Positions 1 through 8,306 are shown, numbered from the stretch's first letter. The stretch is 28,817 nucleotides of DNA from Chitinophagaceae bacterium (GCA_035717045.1 DASTIZ010000393.1:1-28817), one strand, 5' to 3'. Notes: a model not told the origin generated them from the letters alone. Made by a program: numbers and translations.

Positions 1-60
1 CCCCTCTCTTGCTTCCGCTTCGCTTATACTCCGCATCGCCATGAAGGGGAGAGGGGCTTA
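1..60 (-). repeat. REP-like palindromic element (may continue past the left edge)
   Basis: Arms CCCCTCTC (1-8) and GAGAGGGG (49-56) followed by CTTA. On the minus strand it reads TAAGCCCCTCTC...GAGAGGGG, the same AAGCCCC foot as the elements at 8455, 8574 and 8705-8726. Lies just downstream of moaE. Confidence 0.6.
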
Positions 61-72
61 GAGTCTTTAATA

Positions 73-522
73 TCAGGATTCATTATTTTTTTTCCAATGA
101 TAAGTTTCATCTGTCAACAATTCCTTGCCCCACACCGGTAATTCAGCTTTTATTCTTTCTACGGTTTCTTCGCAGGCGTCAATGGCGGCTTTGCGATGTG
201 CTGATGATGTAAATACAAACAAACTGATCTCTCCGGCTTTCACATTTCCCAGGCTATGGTAAACATGCATGCAGGTGAGATCATATTTGGCAAAAATATC
301 TTCCCGTATCGCATGCATTTTCTCCAGGGCCATTTCTTCATACGCCGTGTATTCGATTGAAGCAACTTCCTTATCATCGATCTTATCTGCTCTTACCTGT
401 CCCAGGAAAATACTATGACCACCAATGCCGGTCTTGCTGTTATGTTTTTGAATACTGTCAGCAATAAATGAGGCACTGACCGGGCCCTGCACAAAAATAT
501 TTTTTGGCTTTCTTTCCTTCAT
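73..522 (-). CDS. moaE: Molybdopterin synthase catalytic (large) subunit MoaE
   Basis: Motifs IFLGQVR, IEYTAYEEMA, HSLGNVKAGE, SAHRKAA and IKAELPVWGKE. Start moved from 546 to the ATG at 522, which forms an ATGA overlap with the moeB stop. Confidence 0.93.
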   Translation of the reverse strand: MKERKPKNIFVQGPVSASFIADSIQKHNSKTGIGGHSIFLGQVRADKIDDKEVASIEYTAYEEMALEKMHAIREDIFAKYDLTCMHVYHSLGNVKAGEISLFVFTSSAHRKAAIDACEETVERIKAELPVWGKELLTDETYHWKKNNES

Positions 523-1670
523 ACGGTTTGTTGCTGTTTCTTCCATTCAACGATCCCTCCCCGGAGACTGAAAATTTTTTTACGATTCCCAAAAATACCA
601 TTTAAAATTTTTGCGGCTTGCAGGCTTCTTCTGCCTGATTGACAAAATGCAATAACATTATCAGCTTTGATCATTGAAATGTTTTCAGCAAGCTGTGCTA
701 ATGGGATCCTGGTATGATCAAATTCATTCACTGATGGTAGTTCATGCAGCTCTCTTACATCGATCACATCTGTATTTCCCGTGGCGATCATCTTATTAAA
801 CGTATCTGCATCAATCTCTGCTTCGCTTACCGGCATTTTACAAAGCCATTCATAATCGGTTTTCAAAAATTCTTGTGCATTTTTCGGGATCAATGCGCTT
901 GTATTTTCGCGGGCAGAGAGATGAAGAATATACACCTGGTTATTCAAGGCATTGTAAGTTAGCAATTGATCGATCAATGGCTCACCTATACCGGTAATCA
1001 ATTTGATCGTTTCAGCGGCCATCATTGTTCCGATAATTCCCGGCAATACGCCAAGCACACCTGCTTCAGCACAATTCAACACTTCTCCGTCTTTTGGTGG
1101 ATCGGGGAACAAATCCCGATAATTAACAGCAGCCTTACTCCCCTGTAAGCCCCTGGCCATACGGTGCAACGCCGATTGTGCGTTAAAAACACTTACCTGC
1201 CCCTCAAATTGTGAAATAGCACCATAGACCAGTGGTTTATTCAGTAACACACAGGCATCATTGATCATATAGCGGGTTGAAAAATTATCGGTGCCATCGA
1301 TGATAATATCAAAATCATCAATGTGTGTCAGTGCATTTTGATTGATCAGCCTTTCGTTGTAAGCGACAATCCGGATCTCGGGATTCAATTGTTGTAAAAT
1401 ATGAGCCGCTTTCTTAGCCTTAGATAAATCAATATCGCTTACTGAATACAGGACCTGGCGATGAAGATTATTCAAACTAACAACATCATCATCAACGATA
1501 CCGATCGTTCCGATACCCGCAGCTGCCAGGTATTGCAATACAGGACAACCCAAACCGCCCGCGCCGATCACCAGTACTTTTGCATTCAGCAATTTTTGCT
1601 GGCCTTCTTCACCAAACTCCGGTAAGATGATCTGGCGATGGTATCGTTCATATAATTTATTATTGTCCAT
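519..1670 (-). CDS. moeB: Molybdopterin-synthase adenylyltransferase MoeB/MoeZ-type (ThiF/E1 domain plus C-terminal rhodanese)
   Basis: RYHRQIIL, GAGGLG nucleotide-binding motif, SNLHRQ-like NNLHRQ, DGTDNF, NCAEAGVLG. C-terminal rhodanese with DVRE and CQSGRRS. Located between moaD and moaE. Confidence 0.92.
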   Translation of the reverse strand: MDNNKLYERYHRQIILPEFGEEGQQKLLNAKVLVIGAGGLGCPVLQYLAAAGIGTIGIVDDDVVSLNNLHRQVLYSVSDIDLSKAKKAAHILQQLNPEIRIVAYNERLINQNALTHIDDFDIIIDGTDNFSTRYMINDACVLLNKPLVYGAISQFEGQVSVFNAQSALHRMARGLQGSKAAVNYRDLFPDPPKDGEVLNCAEAGVLGVLPGIIGTMMAAETIKLITGIGEPLIDQLLTYNALNNQVYILHLSARENTSALIPKNAQEFLKTDYEWLCKMPVSEAEIDADTFNKMIATGNTDVIDVRELHELPSVNEFDHTRIPLAQLAENISMIKADNVIAFCQSGRRSLQAAKILNGIFGNRKKIFSLRGGIVEWKKQQQTV

Positions 1671-1672
1671 TG

Positions 1673-1900
1673 TTATCCGCCCGAAAATGGTGGCAGCAGC
1701 GCCACGATACTATTATTCGTTAAAGCCGTGTTTTCAGTTATGATTTGCTTATCCACCGCTATCAGGTACTTTGTACTTGCTAATGCAGGATAATCTTTAT
1801 GTAAAGTCTTTATCAAACTGTCTGTATCGGCTGCAGATACGGAAAGAGCATTGCCAGCGATATCGGCAAGCCTTCCAAACATGATAACTTTTAAATTCAT
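1673..1900 (-). CDS. moaD: Molybdopterin synthase sulfur carrier MoaD/ThiS family
   Basis: 75 aa, ubiquitin-like size, C-terminal LLPPFSGG di-glycine. ATG at 1900 preferred over TTG at 1918. Confidence 0.9.
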   Translation of the reverse strand: MNLKVIMFGRLADIAGNALSVSAADTDSLIKTLHKDYPALASTKYLIAVDKQIITENTALTNNSIVALLPPFSGG

Positions 1901-1930
1901 AAATAGCTCTTCTGACAACAGAATTTAAAA

Positions 1931-2052
1931 CCATGGAGCCACGCAGTACACAAAAGGAACACAGAATGTGGACTCCGTGTATCCCGGTGTACTTAGTGCT
2001 CCGTGCCTGCCGGCCTTGCTTCGCTGAAGCTACGCGGAGGCGAGCAGGCAGG
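1931..2052. repeat. Two adjacent palindromic elements: a foldback followed by a CCTGCC...GGCAGG hairpin
   Basis: Foldback arms CATGGAGC/GCTCCGTG (1932-1939/1998-2005), AGTACAC/GTGTACT (1945-1951/1987-1993) and ACACAGA/TCCGTGT (1959-1965/1974-1980). Then CCTGCC (2006-2011)/GGCAGG (2047-2052) enclosing GCTTC-GCT-GAAGC. Confidence 0.7.
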
Positions 2053-2086
2053 TGTGTTTATTTTGTTTCGAAACATAATCAATCGG

Positions 2087-2098
2087 ACAACAAATTTA
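2087..2098 (-). promoter_or_regulatory. Candidate Bacteroidota sigma70 -7 element for moaD-moeB-moaE
   Basis: Minus strand TAAATTTGTTGT matches TAnnTTTG, and the identical 12-mer lies upstream of moaA (5751-5762). No clean -33 box. Confidence 0.45.
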
Positions 2099-2130
2099 CT
2101 CATACCGTCCTTAATGGCATATTTAAAATT

Positions 2131-2138
2131 TACCTTTG
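2131..2138 (+). promoter_or_regulatory. Candidate -7 element for the PNPOx-like gene
   Basis: TACCTTTG matches TAnnTTTG, 14 nt before the ATG at 2153. Confidence 0.45.
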
Positions 2139-2152
2139 CGAAAAGCTGTTTT

Positions 2153-2710
2153 ATGGGCAAAGAAAAGGATCATATCAGTGATGATCACAAGGCATTTATC
2201 GAAAAACAAAAGATGTTTTTTGTGTCGACGGCTCCATTGAGTGCTGAAGGCCATATCAATCTTTCACCGAAGGGATTTGATTGCTTCAGGATCCTTTCTC
2301 CGACGCGGGTTGGTTACCTGGATATTGTTGGTAGCGGGAATGAAACGTCTGCCCACCTTTTGGAAAATAACCGCGTCACTTTTATGTTTTGTTCTTTTGA
2401 TGGACCACCAAAGATCCTGCGACTTTATGGAAAAGGATATACGGTTTTACCCGGTGATGGGGAATGGGATGAGTTATCAAAAGAGTTTGCTCTTCTTCCG
2501 GCAACAAGACAGATCATCATTGCTGATATTCTAAAAGTGAAGACTTCCTGCGGTTTTGGTGTGCCAATATATGATTACAAGGATCAACGGGATCATGCCA
2601 TAAAATGGGCCTTGAATAAGGGCGACGATGGTCTGGAAGAATACAAAAAAGAAAAGAACATGACCAGTATGGATGGATTGCCTGCACCGATTGCAGCCAT
2701 GTATACTTAG
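2153..2710 (+). CDS. Pyridoxamine 5'-phosphate oxidase family (FMN-binding split barrel) protein
   Basis: FIEKQKMFFVSTA, INLSPKG, GSGNETSAHLLENNRVTFMFCSFDGPPKILRLYG, KTSCGFGVP. The ORF-track extension from 2003 runs through a REP element and the promoter, so the ATG at 2153 is preferred. Confidence 0.85.
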   Translation: MGKEKDHISDDHKAFIEKQKMFFVSTAPLSAEGHINLSPKGFDCFRILSPTRVGYLDIVGSGNETSAHLLENNRVTFMFCSFDGPPKILRLYGKGYTVLPGDGEWDELSKEFALLPATRQIIIADILKVKTSCGFGVPIYDYKDQRDHAIKWALNKGDDGLEEYKKEKNMTSMDGLPAPIAAMYT

Positions 2711-2711
2711 A

Positions 2712-3449
2712 TTAAGCAGATGTAAAGAGCAATTTAAATGAAGCAATGATCAAAACTATGGCTAACATATACTGCAAAATATTCTGTTTGAATTTTAATG
2801 AGCCAAAATAAGCGCCGCCAATACCCCCAACAAATGCAACGGCGACATACGCATACATATCGGCATTGAACCCAATTCCCTTTTGTAACTGGCCGGCAAG
2901 ACCTGACAGTGAATTTACAAATATGAACAAAGCGCTGATCGCTGCCGTTTGCTTCATGTCGGCCCACTTCAATAACAATAAAATCGGTGATAAAATTATT
3001 CCTCCTCCAATTCCGATCAGGCCGGAAAGAAAACCGATAGCTGCTCCTATCAATAAGGATAAAACTACCTTTGGTTTTTTTAGATCGTCAATCTTAATGT
3101 TTGCAAAAAACAAGAACCGGATGATGGGTATCAGTAATAATATACCCAATATCCTTTTATAAACATCATCTGTTAATGCCATCCTTCCTCCCAGGAATGC
3201 CATGGGTATCGAAGTGATCGCAAAAGGCAGAAAAAGTTTCCAGTTAAAATGTTTGCCCCGATAAAATTGGATGAACGAAGTGAATGATACAAAAAGATTC
3301 AATAGCAATGCAGTGGGCTTCATCACTTCCGGAGTGATGCTAAATAAAGCCATCAATGCCAAATAACCACTGGCGCCACCATGCCCCACCGACGAATATA
3401 GAAATGCCACAAGAAACAAGAGAACGTAAAAAAGAATGATCGTTTCCAC
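2712..3449 (-). CDS. Sulfite exporter TauE/SafE (TSUP) family membrane protein
   Basis: About 8 hydrophobic segments, with repeated motifs SVGHGGASGY and GLIGIGGGIILSP. GTG start 6 bp after the moeA stop. Confidence 0.88.
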   Translation of the reverse strand: METIILFYVLLFLVAFLYSSVGHGGASGYLALMALFSITPEVMKPTALLLNLFVSFTSFIQFYRGKHFNWKLFLPFAITSIPMAFLGGRMALTDDVYKRILGILLLIPIIRFLFFANIKIDDLKKPKVVLSLLIGAAIGFLSGLIGIGGGIILSPILLLLKWADMKQTAAISALFIFVNSLSGLAGQLQKGIGFNADMYAYVAVAFVGGIGGAYFGSLKFKQNILQYMLAIVLIIASFKLLFTSA

Positions 3450-3455
3450 AAATAA

Positions 3456-4643
3456 CTATTGTGGCAATAAATATACATCAACCACGTCACCTTCTTTTAC
3501 CGACGTCTTTTCTTCAGGAATTTCAATAAGACAATTGGCTTTTGCAAAAGAACTGAGGCGATAAGATTCCTGCGCATCCATCGGCCTTGCGGTCCTCCCG
3601 TCAAAAGATCCTTTCAGGAAATGGGTAAGCCCGGCAACTTTTTGAAATGAGCTCGCAAGAGCGATACTTATTTTCTGTAGCCTGACCCTTCTTTTAGTTA
3701 ATTTTTCAAGCGCAGGAATAACATATTGATAAAAACAGGTAAGAACGGAAGAAGGATTTCCCGGTAGGCCAAATACAAGTTTGTTTTGCCTGTTTCCAAA
3801 ATATAAGGGTTTGCCTGGCCGTTGTTTTACTTTATGAAATAGTCTTTTAACGCCACAGTCTGTTGCGGCCTGCAAGACAAAATCATATTCACCAACACTG
3901 ATGCCGCCTGTTAACAAAACCAGGTCACTTTGCTCTAATGCTTTTTTTAACGTGTTTGTTGTGGCTTCGGGTTTGTCTTTGGCATATAAAATTTCTAGAT
4001 TATCTATTTGCAATTGCTCAAGCACCGCTTTTAATGCAAATGAATTTGATTCATAAACCTGGCCATGATGGAGCGGTTTACCTGGTTCCTGGAGTTCATT
4101 TCCTGTGATGATGACCGTAATTGAAGGGTTAGGATAAACATTCACTTCTTTGATGCCTATGCCTGCCAGGAAGCCAATTGCCGCAGGTGATAAAACATTT
4201 TCTTTTTCTAATGCCAGTGCCCCGGCTTTTATCTCGGAACCTTTCGGTCTTACGTTTGTGCCATTCTGTAGCATTTCATCTTCGATGATCAATTCATTGT
4301 TTTCTGTTCTTGCTTTTTCCTGCATGATCACGGTATCGGCGCCCGTAGGAACAGCGGCCCCTGTGAAGATCCTGACTGCATTTCCGGGCTCCAGGGTGAA
4401 TTCTTCATTGCTTCCGGCAGGTACTTCTCCAACTATTTTTAATTGCTTGTTTTTTTTCCATCCTTCAAATGAAATAGCATATCCATCCATCGAAGACTGG
4501 GGAAAGGCGGGAATATCCCTCGTGGCGTAAACGTCTTCGGCTAAAACTAAACCTGCCGCTCTTTGTAATGGCGTCATAACCGGTGGCAAAGAGGAGACAT
4601 TTTCATCGATTATCCTTTTTGCTTCATGAACAGAGATCATCAT
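3456..4643 (-). CDS. moeA: Molybdopterin molybdotransferase MoeA (gephyrin-like)
   Basis: PAFPQSSMDGYA, RIFTGAAVPTGADTVIMQE, TGNEL, ESNS, TGGISVGEYDFV, QRPGKP, GLPGNPSS. Confidence 0.95.
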   Translation of the reverse strand: MMISVHEAKRIIDENVSSLPPVMTPLQRAAGLVLAEDVYATRDIPAFPQSSMDGYAISFEGWKKNKQLKIVGEVPAGSNEEFTLEPGNAVRIFTGAAVPTGADTVIMQEKARTENNELIIEDEMLQNGTNVRPKGSEIKAGALALEKENVLSPAAIGFLAGIGIKEVNVYPNPSITVIITGNELQEPGKPLHHGQVYESNSFALKAVLEQLQIDNLEILYAKDKPEATTNTLKKALEQSDLVLLTGGISVGEYDFVLQAATDCGVKRLFHKVKQRPGKPLYFGNRQNKLVFGLPGNPSSVLTCFYQYVIPALEKLTKRRVRLQKISIALASSFQKVAGLTHFLKGSFDGRTARPMDAQESYRLSSFAKANCLIEIPEEKTSVKEGDVVDVYLLPQ

Positions 4644-4653
4644 CAAAGTTTTA

Positions 4654-4749
4654 ATTGAACATTGAACATTGATTGTTGAATATTTTTTAGTAAACTTAAT
4701 TCAAGACTCAAGACTCAAGACTCAAGACTCAATTCTCAAGTTTCAATTG
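4654..4749. repeat. Oppositely oriented heptamer tracts (ATTGAAC)n and (TCAAGAC)n in the moaA-moeA spacer
   Basis: ATTGAAC x2 plus 2 degenerate copies (4654-4681). TCAAGAC x4 perfect (4701-4728) plus 3 degenerate copies to 4749. Confidence 0.8.
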
Positions 4750-4753
4750 GGGC

Positions 4754-5734
4754 CTATCCCCCAATAGTAATCATGCTCCTGTTATGGATTTCTTCGGGAT
4801 GAAGGTGTTGAAAATCCGTTGTGAATTGCCCACCCAGCTCTTTTGCCTTGCTCCGGATATTCTGATGGATCAAAGGGATTATATCTTCACCGTTGCGCAA
4901 TGGAGTTAAGAGGTCGGTCTCCTTTTCTGCAAACAAACAATTCTTCATTTTACCGTCAGCTGTCAATCTCATCCGGTTGCAATCGCCACAAAAATTGGAA
5001 CTCATAGTGCTGATGAAAGCAAATGTGCCCGGGTGACCAGGTACGGCATAGGCTTTTGAGGTATCATGTTTTTCATCCTGCAAACGTTCTACTGCATATT
5101 TTGACCCGATCACTTCCAACATTTGCTCCATAGTAAATACTTTGTTGCTGGTCCACCGGTTACCGGTAAAAGGCATGAATTCGATAAAACGAACGTGTAC
5201 CGGCTGGTGCTTTGTCCATTCCACAAAATCGTTGATCTCATTATCATTTAATCCTTTCATCACGACCATATTCACCTTTACATGAAAATTTCTTTTCAGT
5301 AAAAGCTGGATGTTATCATAGATCTTTTCGAACTGGTTTCTTCTTGTGATCAGTTGGAACTTTTCCGGTTGCAGTGTATCAAGGCTGATATTGAGAGAAT
5401 GGACACCCGATTCATCAAGTATATCAACAAACTCATGGAGTCTTGAGCCATTGGTTGTGATTGTCAGCTTTACCGGGAGCTTGGACAAAACCCGGATGAT
5501 CTCACCAGCGTCCTTCCTTACCAGGGGCTCACCACCGGTTAGCCGGATTTTATTTACGCCAAGATCAACAAATATTTTTGACAAGGCCTCGATCTCATCT
5601 TTCTGCATCAGTTTTGACGCAGGCGTGAAATCGTACTCCTCTTCCGGCATACAGTAAAAGCACCGAAGGTTGCAATTATCCGTAAGCGAAATGCGGAGAT
5701 AATTATGGATCCGATTGTATTTATCAACGATCAT
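4754..5734 (-). CDS. moaA: GTP 3',8-cyclase MoaA (radical SAM)
   Basis: CNLRCFYC radical-SAM motif, RLTGGEP, C-terminal cluster motif CGDCNRMRLTADG-KNCLF, terminal MITIGG. Confidence 0.96.
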   Translation of the reverse strand: MIVDKYNRIHNYLRISLTDNCNLRCFYCMPEEEYDFTPASKLMQKDEIEALSKIFVDLGVNKIRLTGGEPLVRKDAGEIIRVLSKLPVKLTITTNGSRLHEFVDILDESGVHSLNISLDTLQPEKFQLITRRNQFEKIYDNIQLLLKRNFHVKVNMVVMKGLNDNEINDFVEWTKHQPVHVRFIEFMPFTGNRWTSNKVFTMEQMLEVIGSKYAVERLQDEKHDTSKAYAVPGHPGTFAFISTMSSNFCGDCNRMRLTADGKMKNCLFAEKETDLLTPLRNGEDIIPLIHQNIRSKAKELGGQFTTDFQHLHPEEIHNRSMITIGG

Positions 5735-5750
5735 TGTTCAGATTAAGCGA

Positions 5751-5762
5751 ACAACAAATTTA
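5751..5762 (-). promoter_or_regulatory. Candidate -7 element for moaA-moeA-tauE
   Basis: Minus strand TAAATTTGTTGT, 16 nt upstream of the moaA ATG and identical to 2087-2098. Confidence 0.5.
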
Positions 5763-5812
5763 TTGATTCCGCGGCAGCTTACCTCAACAAATTAAGCTTT
5801 ACCATATCGTTA

Positions 5813-5862
5813 TCAGTGTTTCTGTTTCTCAGGGGCATTTTTTTTTGCCTCAGAAACACTGA
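5813..5862. repeat. Inverted repeat (foldback) in the moaA/coxG divergent spacer
   Basis: Perfect 12-bp arms TCAGTGTTTCTG (5813-5824) and CAGAAACACTGA (5851-5862) around a T-rich centre. Confidence 0.65.
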
Positions 5863-5966
5863 AACACAGAGCATTGAAAATTTAATTAGATAACCTTAAA
5901 GAAACTTCTTTCTTATGGTATATTTCCGGTCGTATTTATTTAACCCCTAAACTTTAATTATTATTC

Positions 5967-6422
5967 ATGGAATTAAACGGCAGACATACGATCAGTACAA
6001 CACCTGCAAATCTTTGGAACATGTTAATGGACACGGAAACGCTTTCGAAAATAATCCCGGGCCTTTCTACTCTCGAAAAAACAGGAGATTTTTCATATAA
6101 ATCAATACTTGAATTAAAGGCGGGACCAATAAGCACTTCTTTTATTGGCGATGCCCAAATGGAAGATATCATAACGCAAAAAAAATTTACATTAAAAATG
6201 CAACAAAGCAATAAAATGGGAAATGCCAATTCAACAATGAATGTAGAGTTGATACCCGTCAATGAAACCGAAACCGAAGTTGTTTTTGGCGGGGAGATCA
6301 AAATAACCGGGCTGCTGGCATCAATGGGGCAACCTATATTAAGCAGCTTCGCAAATATGCTTACGAGACAATTTTTTGCCAATCTTGATCGTGAGCTTGC
6401 CAGTCAACAGAAGGCTTCATGA
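5967..6422 (+). CDS. coxG: CoxG / SRPBCC (START-fold) family protein
   Basis: MELNGRHTI...LWNMLMD...LSKIIPG, LKAGPI, ITGLLASMGQPILSSFANMLTRQFF are typical of CoxG. Its stop overlaps the mocA stop (TCATGA). Confidence 0.82.
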   Translation: MELNGRHTISTTPANLWNMLMDTETLSKIIPGLSTLEKTGDFSYKSILELKAGPISTSFIGDAQMEDIITQKKFTLKMQQSNKMGNANSTMNVELIPVNETETEVVFGGEIKITGLLASMGQPILSSFANMLTRQFFANLDRELASQQKAS

Positions 6423-7019
6423 ATTCCCCAAAGCATTGTAATCTTCTTGCGTATCAATATCGATCTGTCCTTTTGGAAATAGAATGGTAGCCGCCTCATC
6501 ACCATGTTGCCGGATGATGCTTCTTGCACCCAAATCTCCTTTCAGGTCCATCAATTCATTAAAAAGCGACCGGTGAAAAAGAGCAGGAGGCCCGACAGCT
6601 TCGCCATAGTTACAGCTAACAATTGGTTTACCTGTTTGGTTTTGCGTATTTACCAGCTCATTTATTAACCCGGGTGAAATAAAAGGTTGATCGCAGACCA
6701 TAAGAATGACAGCTTCCGCGGATGGAGAATTGAATAAAACTTCATTCAAACCAACTCTTATTGAAGACGCCATTCCTTCTTCCCACCCGGAATTTATTAT
6801 GACGTGCACGTTTGATTTATCAATTTCCGGCAAGATCTGTTCCGCATTTGCTCCAAGTACGACGATGACCGGATCTGCATCAGAGTTGATCGCGGCATCA
6901 ATTGATTTTTGCAATAAACTCTTACCATCAAATTCTAAAAGCTGCTTTGGTTTGCCAAGCCGAGAAGACGAACCGCCAGCAAGTATGATAGCCCCTGTCT
7001 CATTTGTTGAAGACATCAC
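6417..7019 (-). CDS. mocA: Molybdenum cofactor cytidylyltransferase MocA-like nucleotidyltransferase
   Basis: IILAGGSSSRLGKPKQLL, WEEGMASSI, VCDQPF, GDLGARSI, DIDTQEDY. GTGA overlap with the xdhC stop. Confidence 0.82.
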   Translation of the reverse strand: MMSSTNETGAIILAGGSSSRLGKPKQLLEFDGKSLLQKSIDAAINSDADPVIVVLGANAEQILPEIDKSNVHVIINSGWEEGMASSIRVGLNEVLFNSPSAEAVILMVCDQPFISPGLINELVNTQNQTGKPIVSCNYGEAVGPPALFHRSLFNELMDLKGDLGARSIIRQHGDEAATILFPKGQIDIDTQEDYNALGNS

Positions 7020-8176
7020 GACTTTGACGTTAATTTTACTTCTTCAATAACCGTTGCCGAACGCGGATGTATCACTTCGTTGATCTTTCTCAAAGATTGA
7101 ACATCTTTATTGGCAAACATGGCTTTTATTTCTGACAAGATTGATAAGGCAATTTCTTCGGATGTTTCTGCCCCTATATCCAGGCCAACCGGGCTATGCA
7201 ATACCGAAAGCTGATGATCTGTGAATGAAATTCCTTCGTCTTTTAATTCATTCAATATGCGCTCACGTTTTTTCTTCGGGCCCAACATTCCTATGTATGG
7301 CACGTTTTTCTGAAGCAGCTGGACAAGCATTGCTTTGTCATAATTATAGTTATGTGTCATCAGGAGAAACACCGTATGCCCATCGATTGGTATGTGCTCC
7401 AATGCCTTTTCCGGTTTTGACACCAATACCTGGCACGCACTGGCAAACCTTTCTTTCTTTGCGTAGTTGGCCCTGCCATCAATCACAGTGGCTTCCCACC
7501 CAAGAATGTCTGCCATGCTTACCAGCGGTATTACATCGTTGCCTGCTCCTATAACTACCACCGCAACCGGCGGCTTTATCACTTCAATAAAAGCTGTAAG
7601 ATCATGGTGATTGGAAATATAATTCCTGAATGAAGAAGTTTGAGCCGACAATGCTTCACTGGCATCAGCAAGGAGAATGTCTTTTAAAACAGGAGTATGC
7701 TCAATTACGTCCCCATCTTCTTTCAGCAATAAGCATGTACCATATTGCATTGCTTTTTTATCCTGTAAAGAAAACAGTGTGATCAAAACGGATGTTTGAC
7801 GTTTTTCATCGACCAGCTTTAAATAATGAATTGGATTATTGCGATCAGCATCATTTATTGGCTCGATCAAGACCTGGATAATTCCATTACAACCCAACCC
7901 AACTCCAAATTTTGCGTCATCATCGTCCATGGTGTCATAGGTAACAAGCTTTGATCTCTTCTCCGTCATTACCATCAGGGCTTTTCTAAGGGCATCGCCT
8001 TCCAGGCATCCGCCACTGATGGCGCCGGTCAATTGTCCATCATCTTCGATGAGCATTCTTGCTCCCGGTCTGCGGTAAGATGAACCCTCGACATGAACGA
8101 CCGTAGCCAAAGCAGTTTGTCTGCCTGCTTTTTTTGCTTCTTCATAAGCTTTTAGTATATCGCGGATCTCTTTCAT
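7016..8176 (-). CDS. xdhC: XdhC/CoxI family molybdoenzyme maturation factor
   Basis: ATVVHVEGSSYRRPGARM, GAISGGCLE, GLGCNG, GAGND, MTHNYNYD, YIGMLGP, SPVGLDIGAETSEEIALSI. ATG at 8176 preferred. Confidence 0.92.
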   Translation of the reverse strand: MKEIRDILKAYEEAKKAGRQTALATVVHVEGSSYRRPGARMLIEDDGQLTGAISGGCLEGDALRKALMVMTEKRSKLVTYDTMDDDDAKFGVGLGCNGIIQVLIEPINDADRNNPIHYLKLVDEKRQTSVLITLFSLQDKKAMQYGTCLLLKEDGDVIEHTPVLKDILLADASEALSAQTSSFRNYISNHHDLTAFIEVIKPPVAVVVIGAGNDVIPLVSMADILGWEATVIDGRANYAKKERFASACQVLVSKPEKALEHIPIDGHTVFLLMTHNYNYDKAMLVQLLQKNVPYIGMLGPKKKRERILNELKDEGISFTDHQLSVLHSPVGLDIGAETSEEIALSILSEIKAMFANKDVQSLRKINEVIHPRSATVIEEVKLTSKS

Positions 8177-8306
8177 ACGGCCCACTGTCCCCTTGTTTCT
8201 CCCGCCTGTGGCGGGGTCACAGTGACGAAGGGGAACTTATTTTAAATATTCTCTTTTGTTTAATAAAATCTTGTGTTGATAAAAAACAAAAACCCGAACT
8301 AAGCAT

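Noticed and set aside
1933-2181. 82-aa ORF, and the 2003-2152 N-terminal extension of the PNPOx ORF
   Set aside because: Both are read-throughs of palindromic repeat DNA and promoter sequence with no protein-like motif.
5735-5966. Moco riboswitch upstream of moaA
   Set aside because: The candidate promoter is only 16 nt from the ATG, leaving no room for one; the nearby hairpin is a simple inverted repeat.
5954-6382. 142-aa minus-strand ORF that would keep the Moco genes on one strand
   Set aside because: It is the antisense shadow of coxG, which has recognisable family motifs.
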